A stretch of DNA of 64,000 nt from Proteromonas lacertae (lineage: Eukaryota), in NCBI GenBank assembly GCA_002245135.1, contig NGBS01000879.1, positions 124,001 to 188,000 of the forward strand, in the 5' to 3' direction. Position 1 is the first letter of the stretch. The number at the start of each line of letters is the position of its first letter. Positions 38,833 to 51,602 of the stretch are shown here, piece by piece. The translations under genes and the position numbers were made by a program. Below the pieces are notes generated by a model that saw nothing but the letters and a program-made list of their open reading frames with translations, did no database searches and was not told the DNA's origin.

Positions 38833-41505
38833 TTACCATAAATAACTTGGTGGAGGATTATTCATTTTTGTTTGATTTATAGGAGGTAGATGAGATGGTC
38901 TTCTTTCACCATTATCTACTATATTCTCTGTATTTGAATTATTTTCATTTTGTTGGATTTGAGGTGGTTGTTGAGTTTGTGGAGGTTGGAATTGTTGTTG
39001 CTGTTGATATTGTGGTTGAATTTGAGGTTGTTGAGGATAAGGATTTTGATTTGATGTAATTGGAGGAGGAACAATCATCATAGGAACAGGAATAGGCATC
39101 ATTGGTGGAGTGTTATTTGGTTGTTGTTGTTGTTGAGTAAAAGATTGTCGATTTGGAGGTTGAATTAGAGGTTGAATTGGAGGTTGTTGTTGTTGTGGTA
39201 ATGGTTGATTTGGAAGCGGATTGATTCTGCTGCTGTTGCTGTTGTTGTTGTTGTTGTTGTTGTTGAGCTGGTGATCTTGCTGATCCAGGAGGTATACTTT
39301 CATCACCATAATAATTAGAAGGAGCAAATGATGGTGGATAATAACCACCACCACCTCCATAATAGCCATAACCATAAGGATTAGGATAATATCCATAATA
39401 ACCACTTCTTGCAGATAATGGTGGAACTTGAGGTGTTTCATTATTAGGTTGTTGTTGTTGTTCTTGTTGTTGTTGCTTATTGTCTTTGTTATTATTCTCA
39501 TTATCTTTATCAATATTGTCATTATCTTCAACTTCTTTAATATCTTTCTTTGGATTATCTTCTTCAGGACTTATCTTACTTCTTCTTCTATATCCTCCTC
39601 TTCCTCCTCTTCCTCTTCCTCCTCTTCCACCTCGTCTTCCTTGCCAACCACCACGCCATTGATAATAATTAGTAGCAGGTGGTGGAATAAATAAACCTAA
39701 ATCTTCACCATCATCATCAGTTGTGAAATTATTACTAGATTCACAGAATGTACTTGAACAACATGGTTTCTTTGTTGCTCTTTTTCTTAAAGTTTCCATA
39801 TCAATTTCATCACATTCCTGTAACAATATCAATGAATTGTGCATAAGTTAATTTACCATCATGATCTTCTTCATCAGCTAAACAAAAATAAAATATAAAA
39901 ATGATTTATGTATATATATATACTATATGATAATATATTAGAAACAAGAGCATTAATTTCACTTTTACTAAATGGTTCTTCTGATTCAGATCTTAAACCA
40001 GCACCTTCTCCTTTCTTACCAAACGCCATTTGCAGCAATCTCCTCAATTCTTTAGCATCAATTGATTTATCATTGATTTACATCGATTTGTCTGAAGGCT
40101 CTAGCATTAATTGCAGCTTGTAATGAAAATTGTGCTAATTCTTTATTGATATTAGTCTCTTGAAAACCATACTTTTTATAAATCTTTGAATCATCACCTA
40201 AAAAGTAAAATGCAATATATCTTGTGATTGTATAAGCGACATTTAATAGCACAACACCATCAGTGATAGCTGAAATTAAAGCAGAAAAACTAAACTCAGC
40301 AATCTGACCTCTTGAAGAGAAATGAAATGTAATTCCTTTTCTTATTGTTTTTATATAATCAATATCAACTTTTGGATTATTCCTGTTCTGTTTTCCTATG
40401 TAGTTTATATCATCTAATATTGTTGGAACAATTTCATCTAATTTTACATGAACTTCACATATATAATCATCATCATTTATTATATTTCTTATTTTACTTC
40501 TTATTTTCCCATTATTTGTATTATCATAATCAAATGATAAATGCAATCCAACTCCAGTTATTCTATAGGTATTATGAAGTTCAGAATTATTGTAAATATG
40601 ATCGTTTTTATTTATATCATCAATTTTTATACCAACTATATTTAACCAATCTTTTATAGTTAAGGAGATATCTTCACCAGATTTAAATGTATAAAGAACA
40701 TTATCATTATCATCCAAAATTACTGTTACTAAATCTCTACCAATTTGTGGATCAGTTGAAGCATATAAACCTGATTCTAATAAGTAAATAAAATTAAAGA
40801 AACAGAATATAATTAAAAAAATGTTAAAAAAAAATGATATTATTGAATGTTTTAATGAATAATTCATCATTTCAATTCCTGGTATAATATCATATGTTTC
40901 TTTTGATATTACACATTTCCCAGGATATATTTGTGTACAATCTGTAGTAGTAGAACATGTTGTACAGTCTACATTTGTCTCTGTAACAGATGATGAATTG
41001 AAATATGTAAATATATTTGCTGTATTTTCAGTTATTTCTGTAGCTGATATTGTTCCATATAATATACAGTCTGGTTTTACTATATTTCCATTTCTATATT
41101 GAATATGGATATAAAAAACAATACTCTGGATTATAAATAGTGTAATCATTACAGTATGTGAAATTAGGAGCAGAAGGATTTGATAAATACAGTGACTGTT
41201 CCTTTAAATATAACTCATCAAACATAGTTGAATACACAACTTGAGATGGAGTCTAATGGATATTATATATAATCCTAATAATACCTCAAAACCTAAATAT
41301 TTCTGATTAACAAATAAATCAATGAAAAAATATGCAACCATAACCAATTGTAAAAATCTAAAGATAAATCCCTAAAATTATAATTAAATTTGATATACTA
41401 GACGATGATCATGTAATACTACATTCTTCTCTGCAGTAAACACAAACATCCCTTCCACCGCAGACCACAGACCCTACAACAACATATTACAAAACGCTAT
41501 ACCAT
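38833..41505 (-). CDS. P2X-like ATP-gated channel with two EF-hands and an RGG/Y/Q/P-rich tail; three +1 frame breaks
   Basis: N-terminal FTAEKNVVLHDHRLGFIFRFLQL plus TM1; Cys-containing ectodomain; YRITGV; KGITFHFSSRGQIAEFSFSALI..GVVLL TM2; EF loops D-V-N-x-D-K-S-I-D-A-K-E and DHDGKLTYAQF. Confidence 0.78.
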
Positions 41506-41659
41506 TTATAAAGAGAGAAAAACGAATTAAACTTTTAAAAACTGAAAAGATAACGGATAATATTTTAGATAATTGTGTTTTTCTTCTCTTTCTCAAATTA
41601 GAATAAACAAATGAATAAACATACAAAGAAATATATTAAAAGACAAAATTAAAAATAAA

Positions 41660-42583
41660 TTACACAGTTTTCAACACCTCCAAATTTCTTCTATCATTAA
41701 TATCAACATAAACGTTTATTAAATATGCAATAATAAAAGTAATACATCTCATATAACTACCAACCATCCAAGAAGACACTTTAGATTCTCTTATATTACT
41801 TGTTATGTTAGGAAAAAATATAGGAGTTGTATAAGACAAACTAATAATAGCTTCAGTGTTATTCTCTTTAGCTGAATAATCGTCATACATATACGCTTCA
41901 AAATTACATATTGCCAATGAAGCAGTAAATCCAAATAACAGAAAGAATCCTAATATTGGACTTAGAATTGTATGTTTGTGATATTTTTCCACATCTGTAA
42001 GTGTTAGTGTAATCTCCATAATGGCTAGAGTGTAACATATATAAAATACAACTCGATAGTAAGCTATTGATATATATATATAAATAATGATTATACGTGC
42101 AGTAGGTAAATAAGAAATGTAAAAATCAGTAGTTGATTTTGTGGCTATCATCCATATTAATTGTTGAACTGAAAAACCAAATAGCAATGCTTTGATAATA
42201 GTAAAAACATAGCCAAGAATAGCTTCACATGTTTTCACTACTGTTTCACTTCTGGCTCTCAATTCTTCTACTTTCTTTTCTTCAAGACGTCTGTTTAATT
42301 CATCAATAGAAACAGCTCTGAATTCTCCATTTGTCAATTCAATATATAATTTAGCTCTATTAAAAATATAACAAAAGAATTATACTTTTTTGCATCATTT
42401 TCTTTAAACAAACTATCAATTTCAGCCGGCAAAGCTTTAATGTCACCTACAAATTTCATCACATCATCTCGGGTCGAGAGTGTAGCTGTTGTATTAGCTG
42501 TAGGAAAGTTTAATTCAATATTTCCTAGAAACGGTCCATCAGGGAGCACAGATGCCTAGATATTAAAATTATCTATATACCAT
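41660..42583 (-). CDS. Hypothetical multi-pass membrane protein
   Basis: ATG-only first exon; three introns join ORFs 42334-42549 and 41660-42337; about four hydrophobic segments. Confidence 0.65.
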
Positions 42584-42651
42584 TTATATAACTCAAAAAT
42601 AACAAAAATATATTTTTGATTTTTAAACTTCAAGCCAAACTATTTTTGAAA

Positions 42652-44704
42652 ATGAAATCAGTTGCATATGAAGTGAAGCTTGATGAAGAAGATAAAGAGA
42701 TTTCTTTGAAGGAATACAACTCCAGTAAATCTTCTTCAGGTATTAATATTTGAATTTATCAACAACCTTTCAATATTTTATGTACTTTATAGGAATCGTC
42801 ACTCCAAAGAAGATAATAAAAACATTTGAAAAGCATACGAAGAAAGTTAAAGAGAATGACATTCAAAAGTATGTATTTTATTCATTGTAATAAAATAGGA
42901 GAAAGAAAATAGTTACAAAGGTAATTTTTTTATACTATAAATATATATATAGCCTAAAGTATATACTGTCACTCCAGAAGAGATTGAATTCAGAAGAAAG
43001 AACAATATTTCAATTAATCAGAAAATATTCTATGCTTCAGACAGTTTTCCTGATGTTGTCAAATATTTTCAGTATTATTATATCATATATAATCCATAAT
43101 AGAGAGAGAGGCTGGTATAGAGCTGATGATTATGAAATACCTTATATCGATTTTAAAGTAATATACATATATATATAATATTATATTATAGTTCTCGTTA
43201 AAACGTAAAATAGATTACAAAATATTGCAAGATTATCAAATGGTATGTTTATTTTTAGATGATTCACTGTTATGTCGAAAAGTATATTTTGTTGAATTAT
43301 TTTATAGGAAACATTTGTTAATACAATTAAGAATTGTATGTGGAATATATCCTGTGATTATAAAGATTTCTTCCCACGTTGTTATATACTGAGTAATGAT
43401 GATGGTAGACAAGAATTCAAATACAATTTCTATGTTAATAAATGTATTCAAAACTGTCAAAATATAGTGAAAGAGTATGAATCTGGAAATACACAAATCA
43501 CTGTATTATTATTTTATATTATTATTATTATTTATAAATAGTATAATGTTAAAGTATGGAATGCAATGATAAAATTATTCACTAATTATTTCCAATCTGA
43601 AAGTGATGAGTTATTAGATTCACCTGATGGATATAACACTGATATTGATAACTTAACATACAGATCATTACAATTAACATTGAAAGACCCGAAATCCAAA
43701 GATATTATCACCGAAGATATCATTAATCAGTGTAAAAAATATGTCAATCAATTTAAAGAAGAAAATGAATTTCAGTTCAGTTTAAATGGAAATGATGAAA
43801 CATCGCAAAATATTTGGATATGTAAACCAGCAGGTAAATCAAGAGGAAGAGGAATATTTTTAACCAGTAATTATAAAGAAATTGATATGGCAACTAGAGG
43901 TAGAGAAAGCCAATGGATTTGTCAAAAGTATATAGAAAAACCACTCGTTGTATTAAATCATAAATTTGATATAAGACAATGGGTGTTATGTACTGATTGG
44001 AATCCATTAGCTATTTATTATTACGAACATTGTTATTTAAGATTCTGTAGTGAAGAGTATGATAGTAATAATCTGAATAATATCTATATGCATTTATCTA
44101 ATAACTGTATTCAGAAGGAAAAAGTGGATGAATTTGATAAAACTGATTTCAAAGGGTTAATGTGGTCAGTTGAACAATTCAGACAATATCTAAAAGATAA
44201 TAGTAATAATAATGAAGATATCTATGAGAATATAATCAGACCACAAATGAATGATATTATATTGAAATCCTTACAATCTTGTCAAGGTTTAATTGAAGAA
44301 AGAAAAATGACATATGAAATGTTCGGTTATGATTTTATGATTGATTCAAACTATCATGTTTGGTTGATTGAGATTAATAGTTCACCTGATTTATCATATA
44401 GTACTTATTTAACAGAGAAATATGTGAAAGAAGGTATTCCTACTTTAATGAATATTGCTTTATATTCACCTGATCAGAAGAAGAAGATTAATCAATATCA
44501 ACGTAAGATAGGTGATGAATTTATTAAAGTAGAAGAGAAAGAATTGACTGAAGAAGATTATGGATTTTGGAAGTTGTTGTATAAGGAGAAACCAATTCGT
44601 ATTTATTATTATTATTATATGTATTATGTATTTATATGTATATAGCATCTTCTTATTTATCTGCTGCTGTTGATATGAAGATTAAAGGTAAAAAGATAGT
44701 ATAG
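42652..44704 (+). CDS. TTLL3: Tubulin glycylase TTLL3/8-like
   Basis: ERGW, DFFPRCY, NIWICKPAGKSRGRGI, QKYIEKPL, KFDIRQWVLCTDWNPL, HLSNNCIQ, EMFGYDFMID, WLIEINSSP; about eight introns. Confidence 0.85.
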
Positions 44705-44831
44705 AATGTATCTGTTCTACTTAATTATTATATATTGACATTTACTAATATATATGCATTATATTTATGTTGTTATGAGTTTTTATAATCCCAAATTTAA
44801 AGGAAAAAAAACACTTTAATAAGTATTATAC

Positions 44832-45117
44832 TTATGCAGATGAAATTAAACTGACTTCTTTATTGGCTCTAAGAATAAAATAATAATACAATAAATACGC
44901 TTTAGCCCAAGGTGTTAATTTCTCAATGACTAAGTCAGCAGTTACATTACCTTTAACTACAACTTCTTGTTTTGCTACATCTGTGACAATACTTGTAATC
45001 TCTGGTATCTTTCCTAAAATGTTCTTAACTGCGTTTGAACAACCCTCACAACTCATAGTAACACGGAATGTATGTGTCTATAATAAATTAATACAACTAT
45101 TGTACTTGTTCTGCCAT
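44832..45117 (-). CDS. ATX1: Copper chaperone Atx1/Atox1 (HMA domain)
   Basis: MAEQ/THTFRVTMSCEGCSNAVKNIL; two introns. Confidence 0.88.
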
Positions 45118-45264
45118 ATCTATTACAATAAATGAATTATTTGAATTTTAAATCAAAAGTAAAATATCTGGTAAATAACATGTGTCATTTTTTTGTTAAA
45201 TCCATTTCAAAACGAACATATTTATAGAAAATTAAATATTCAATAAATAAGAATTATAATTAAG

Positions 45265-46609
45265 TTAACTTATATATATCTCTCTAATATTCTTAAAAGT
45301 GTTTTTAATATCATTGCTTATTCTCTCTTTATTTAATGCAGTGATTATTGCATTTGCCTCATTTTTGAATCTATGAATATACAAATATTCTAACATTAAT
45401 GGGAATATATCAGCAACTAAGCTAGTATTCTCCCTAGAATTTCGTTTTGATTCATAATCTACAGTTTTATAATATTCTACTTTACTATTTTGTTTATAAG
45501 GATCTAACAACAACTGAAATCCTATTTCTCTTGATATACAACGGATTAACCACCACATATTCCATATTTCTTTTTCTAACATTATTTCAGTTTTTATATA
45601 ATGCTTAAATAAATATATAATTGTATTTTTTCTTTCTAACAATTGATTATCTAAATCTTCATCACATATTCTTAATATTTCAATCCAATTATTCTATTAC
45701 AATATAATAACATATAATAAATATATACTTTTAATGTCTGATTTTCTATACTATCATAATCCCACATAAAATCTTTAATTCCTTTCTTCATATAATTCTG
45801 AATAAAATCATAATCATATATCTGTTGAATTGTTGGTCTATCTGCTGGTTGATATTTCAAACTGTGAACTATTATTGATTTTAACTCCTTAGGTATATAA
45901 GATGGTATTTTTTTCATTTGTTTAATATATTCTGGATTGTTTTCTTGTTGGAACTTTAAAAGATCTTCTTTTGTTCTTGCTGATTTAAAAAATCTTTCTA
46001 AAGTACATAATTCATATAAAATCAATCCTAATGAGTATATATCAGATGCAGAATGATAAGATTTTCCAAGTAATTTTTCTGGAGCGTTATAAATATATGT
46101 TCCTGTTACAATCATCAACGATTGCTCTAAATCTTCAACTTCAATAGACATACCAAAATCACCTAATACACACACGTGCTCACGAGTAATAAATATATTA
46201 TCTGGTTTTAAATCTAAGTGTAACACTTTGTGATCATGCAAATATTTTAGACCTAAAACCATTTCACAAAATAACTTTAATACTCCTCGTTTAGATAATT
46301 GTTTGTTTTCTTTTCTAAATTTGTCTAATACATATTTTAGTGATGTGTGTGGACAATATTCCATTACTATTCCTGCCTTATCTCCACTTTTCACTACATC
46401 AATTATGTGAACACAATATCTAGAGTGTAATTTTTTCATATTCTCAGCCTATATTATAACAGTTAAGTTCATACTTCTTCTATTATACTATTCGTCTTAC
46501 CATCTTTAGGCCATTTCAAAACAGCATCTTGACCATGATAATCAATCAAATAGGTCTCTCCATATGATCCAGCACCCAAATCTTTTTTTACAGAGAAGGG
46601 AATATCCAT
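45265..46609 (-). CDS. NEK-like Ser/Thr kinase, tandem copy A
   Basis: LGAGSYG, AVLK, IVMEYC, HLDLKPDNIF, LGDFG, YNAPE, SDIYSLG; two introns; unknown C-terminal domain. Confidence 0.85.
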
Positions 46610-46722
46610 TAAATGAAAATACTAAAAAAATGTATTTGATTGTATTAGACTGTATTGGTGTTTATTTATTCAATCACAACATACACAAAATAATAACAGG
46701 AATTATATTAATAATTACTATC

Positions 46723-48087
46723 TTAATGTTTATATTTTTCTTGGATATTCTTGAAATTTGTTTTTAGATTTTCTTTCACTTTTTCTTTAAGCAATACTTC
46801 AAGAATTGCATCAGCTTCATCATTGTATCCATGAACATACAAATATTCTAACATTCTTGGATAGATTTCTGTCATAAAGCAAGTATTCTCCCAACTACCT
46901 TCTAAATCTTCATATTCTTCAGTTTTATAATATTTGATTTTACTGTTATCTTCATGAGGATCTAATAATAATTGATATCCTATATTTCTGGATACAGCAC
47001 GAATTAACTTCCACATATTCATTTTTTCTTCTTCTAACATTAAATCAGTTTGTTTATAGTGATTAAATAAATACATTATTATATCTTTCTTATCAATCAT
47101 CTTATATGTATGATTGTTTTTCAACATTTCTAATACAACATTCCAGTTATTCTATTATATATAAGTATATCAAATACTATAACTTTTTCGTTTTCCAAAC
47201 TATCGAGATTAATTAAGAAATCTTCTATTCCATTCTGTATATAATCTTGAATTATTTCTTCATGATAAATATCATTGATTGTTGGACGGTCTGTTGGTTC
47301 ATATTTCATACATTTAATAATAATTTGTTTTATTTCTTTTGGAATATGTTTAGGAATCTTCTTCATTTTCTCATTAATAAAAATATTCTTAGGATTCTTA
47401 CTGAAATCTTTTAATTCATCATTTATTCTAAATAAATCTTTAAAATCTTTAGCTTCTTCATAAAACAACTCTAAACTACACATTTCATATAAAATCAATC
47501 CTAATGAGTATATATCAGCTGATGCATGATAAGAATGTAATCCTAATAACTGTTCTGGAGCATTATATATCGGAGTTCCAGTTTGTCCAGTTAAGGATTG
47601 ATTTATATTTTCAACTTCAACAGATAAACCAAAATCACCTAATACACATATATTATCTCGTGTTATAAATATATTATCTGGTTTTAAATCTAAGTGTAAC
47701 ACTTTGTGATCATGCAAATATTTTAAACCCAAAACCATCTCACAAAATAACTTTAATACTCCTCGTTTAGATAATTGTTTGTTTTCTTTCTTATATTTTT
47801 CTAATATATCACTCAATGATTTGTGAGGACAATATTCCATTACTATTCCAGTCCTACTACCACTTTTCACTACATCAATTATGTGAACACAATATCTACA
47901 ATGAAGCTTTGTCATTTTCTCTGCCTATTGACATCTATATCATTAATAATTATACCTCTTCAGTGAAATGAATATGTCTTTTTTTAGGCCATTTCAAAAC
48001 AGCATCTTGACCATGATAATCAATCAAATAGGTCTCTCCATTAGCTCCTTCTCCTAAATCTTTCTTCTTTGGGAAGGGAATACTCAT
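46723..48087 (-). CDS. NEK-like Ser/Thr kinase, tandem copy B
   Basis: Same exon structure; LGEGANG, HLDLKPDN, GTPIYNAPE. Confidence 0.85.
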
Positions 48088-48202
48088 TTAAAATAATACA
48101 AAAAGATACTTGTATTTGATTGTATTAGACTGTATTGGTGTTTATTTATTCAATCACAACATACACAAAATAATAACAGGAATTATATTAATAATTACTA
48201 TC

Positions 48203-49566
48203 TTAATGTTTATATTTTTCTTGGATATTCTTGAAATTTGTTTTTAGATTTTCTTTCACTTTTTCTTTAAGCAATACTTCAAGAATTGCATCAGCTTCAT
48301 CATTGTATCCATGAACATACAAATATTCTAACATTCTTGGATAGATTTCTGTCATAAAGCAAGTATTCTCCCAACTACCTTCTAAATCTTCATATTCTTC
48401 AGTTTTATAATATTTGATTTTACCATCTATCTCATGGGGGTTTAATAGCAATTGATATCCTATATTTCTGGATACAGCACGAATTAATTTCCACATATTC
48501 ATTTTTTCTTCTTCTAACATTAAATCAGTTTGTTTGTAATGATTAAGTAAATATACTATCATATCCTTTTTATTTGTCAATTTGTAGCTTCGATTTTCTT
48601 TAATAATATCATACAATTCACTCCAACATTCCTATATAATAAAATAGTAATACAAATACTATAACTTTTTCGTTTTCCAAACTATCGAGATTAATTAAGA
48701 AGTCTTCTATTCCATTCTGTATATAATCTTGAATTATTTCTTCATGATAAATATCATTGATTGTTGGACGGTCTGTTGGTTCATATTTCATACATTTAAT
48801 AATAATTTGTTTTATTTCTTTTGGAATATGTTTAGGAATCTTCTTCATTTTCTCATTAATAAAAATATTCTTAGGATTCTTACTGAAATCTTTTAATTCA
48901 TCGAAATCATCCATTAAAACAAAACGATTAGAAGCATCACAAAAAAATCTTTCTAAAACGCACATTTCATATAAAATCAATCCTAATGCCCAGATATCAG
49001 CTGATGCATGATATGTTTTTTTGCTCAATATTTCTGGAGCATCATAAAGAATAGTTCCAGTTTGTCCAGTTAAGGATTGATTTATATTTTCAACTTCAAC
49101 AGATAAACCAAAATCTCCTAATACACACATATGCTCACGAGTTATAAAGATGTTTGCAGGTTTCAAATCTAAGTGTAACACTTTGTGATCATGCAAATAT
49201 TTTAAACCCAAAACCATCTCACAAAATAACTTTAATACTCCTCGTTTAGATAATTGTTTGTTTTCTTTCTTATATTTTTCTAATATATCACTCAGTGATT
49301 TGTGTGGACAATATTCCATTACTATTCCAGTCCTACTGTTTCTTTCAATTACATCTATTACATGTACACAATATCTAGAGTGTAATTTTTTCATTTTCTT
49401 TCCCTAAATAATATTATAATTCAGTGCATACCTCTTCTGCTATACTATAAGCTTTACCTTCCTTAGGCCATTTTAAAACAGCATCTTGACCATTATAATC
49501 GATTAAATACGTCTCTCCATAGGCACCTGATGCTAAATTCTTCTTAATGCGAAAGGGAATACTCAT
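48203..49566 (-). CDS. NEK-like Ser/Thr kinase, tandem copy C
   Basis: Same exon structure; LASGAYG, HLDLKPAN, GTILYDAPE. Confidence 0.85.
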
Positions 49567-49633
49567 TTAAAACAATACAAAAAGATACTTGTATTTGACT
49601 GTATTGTGTATTTTTTATTATCACAGAGATTAC

Positions 49634-51541
49634 ATGGGAATAAAAGGGTTAAGATCGTATCTGAATAATTGTATGAATGAAGTGGATTTGAAACCTAATT
49701 CTGTGGGTATAAGGTATTGTTATTACTGTTGTATATTAAATTTTAGTGAAGTTTGCTTTTGTATCGATGCAAAAAATGTACATTATACATTATACAGAAC
49801 AAAAGGAAGAGGTACTTGTGATTTTGATAAATACAGACGAATATGTGAAGATTATGTTTCTATATTCAGTCAAAAGAGCGTAAAGGGTGTGTGGTTCTTT
49901 CCTGGTCCTGCACCACCCAAAAAACAGGTTGTTATACTTGATCGTCAGAAGAATAGATACAAACAAGCTGTTGAAGCATATAACACTAAAAACTTTAAGA
50001 AGGGATTCTTTCATCAAATATCAATGGTAGACATACTTAAAAGTGTTTTAGATAAATATAAACAAGAAATAATATATACAACTGGAGAAATTGATGAGTA
50101 TTAGTTTATATATATAAACGAATAGTGTGATGATAACTTATGCAAATCACCATAAAGCATATATAATTACAGATGATACTGACTTTATAGTGCAAAAGAA
50201 TTTACAAGGGGTAATACAACCTTTTGATATATCAATAACAACTATAACAAAAAAAATAAAAAAGAACAATAATGCCTCATTTGATGTTGTACAATTCTAT
50301 TCAATTGATTATTATTTTGCAATGAATGCTCTCGGTTTTCATAATGAAGAACAACTCTATATTTTAATATATTTGGTAGGAAATGGATATGAACAGATAG
50401 ACAAAGATGTAAGGAGTAATATTCAAAGAAAATATAATGTTAAAAGAACTTATGATTCTTTGAATATTTACGATTGTGTAGATGTAGTTAAACAATTATA
50501 CTGCCAAGAAGGTGAGTTGAGTGATAAACTGACAAGTGGAATGGCTGAAGTAGTGGATGAAGTAATAGAGAAAATTAACCAAGATGTATATATTGTAATA
50601 TATGTTTATTTAATAGCTTAATGACATTAGAAATAGATATTCACTTTTATTATCAGATTCTGAATTAGATAGAAATATCTTGAAGACTTATATTCCCAAC
50701 TATATTATTGATATGTTAAGATATAGACAATATACTGTTCCACCTGCAATACCTGTAGAAGAGAATAGAAAATGTATTTATATTAGTCCATTATATATAT
50801 TTTTTTATTTATAGTTATGATAATGAGTGAAAGAATAATCGATTTTTTAGCTTCTTTTCTTGTATTGCATATTATGATAATGTGATATATATTTATATAT
50901 AGGATGTAGGTGATAGTTATTTTTATATAACAGATGAAATAGCTATGAGAAAAACAGATAGAAAAGTGAGAGATATGATTAGAGATTTTATATATGAAGA
51001 AGGTGATGAAGATAAAGAGAAGTATGATGAAAACGATATTAATACTATGATTATATTTCTTGATAAATATGATATTATACCAAAAGACACTGTGATTAAA
51101 TTATTTTATATAGGATTAGATATTAACTTCACAAATGTTGAAGATAGTAATGATTATTACTTCTATATTTGTATAAAATTACTTCAGAGATTTTGTGATA
51201 ATGAGTCTTTTATTAAAGCAGTGATATTATTAATATCTTGTCCATCATATTTAAATATATATAAAATTGTGAATAATCATCACAAAATAATTGAAAGATA
51301 TTTGTTGGAAGTAGTAAGATACCAAATTGATATGGAAATAATACTTGAGAATATGAATTCCATATTTTGGGTTTTTAATTTAAATACTTGTTATGATTCT
51401 TCACTTTTAATGAAATTAACAAGAGATTTGTTATCATATGTATTATATAATATTCAAGAAGATGAGTCTTATCCTGATAGTATAGTCAGTGGTAATGATA
51501 CGTGGGTAGAGAATTATGAAAAAATAAAATCATGGTTATAG
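49634..51541 (+). CDS. Asteroid/XPG-like PIN-domain protein
   Basis: MGIKGLRSYL start, CIDAKN, WFFPG, GEID, IITDDTDF, LVGNGY; five introns. Confidence 0.7.
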
Positions 51542-51602
51542 ATTCAATCACCTTATAAATAATATTATTAAATAAAATTATGTATATATATATTCATTTA
51601 TT

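Noticed and set aside
38990..39480. CAA/TTG triplet arrays as a repeat element or CRISPR-like array
   Set aside because: They encode poly-Gln/Pro in the P2X tail and have no repeat-spacer structure.
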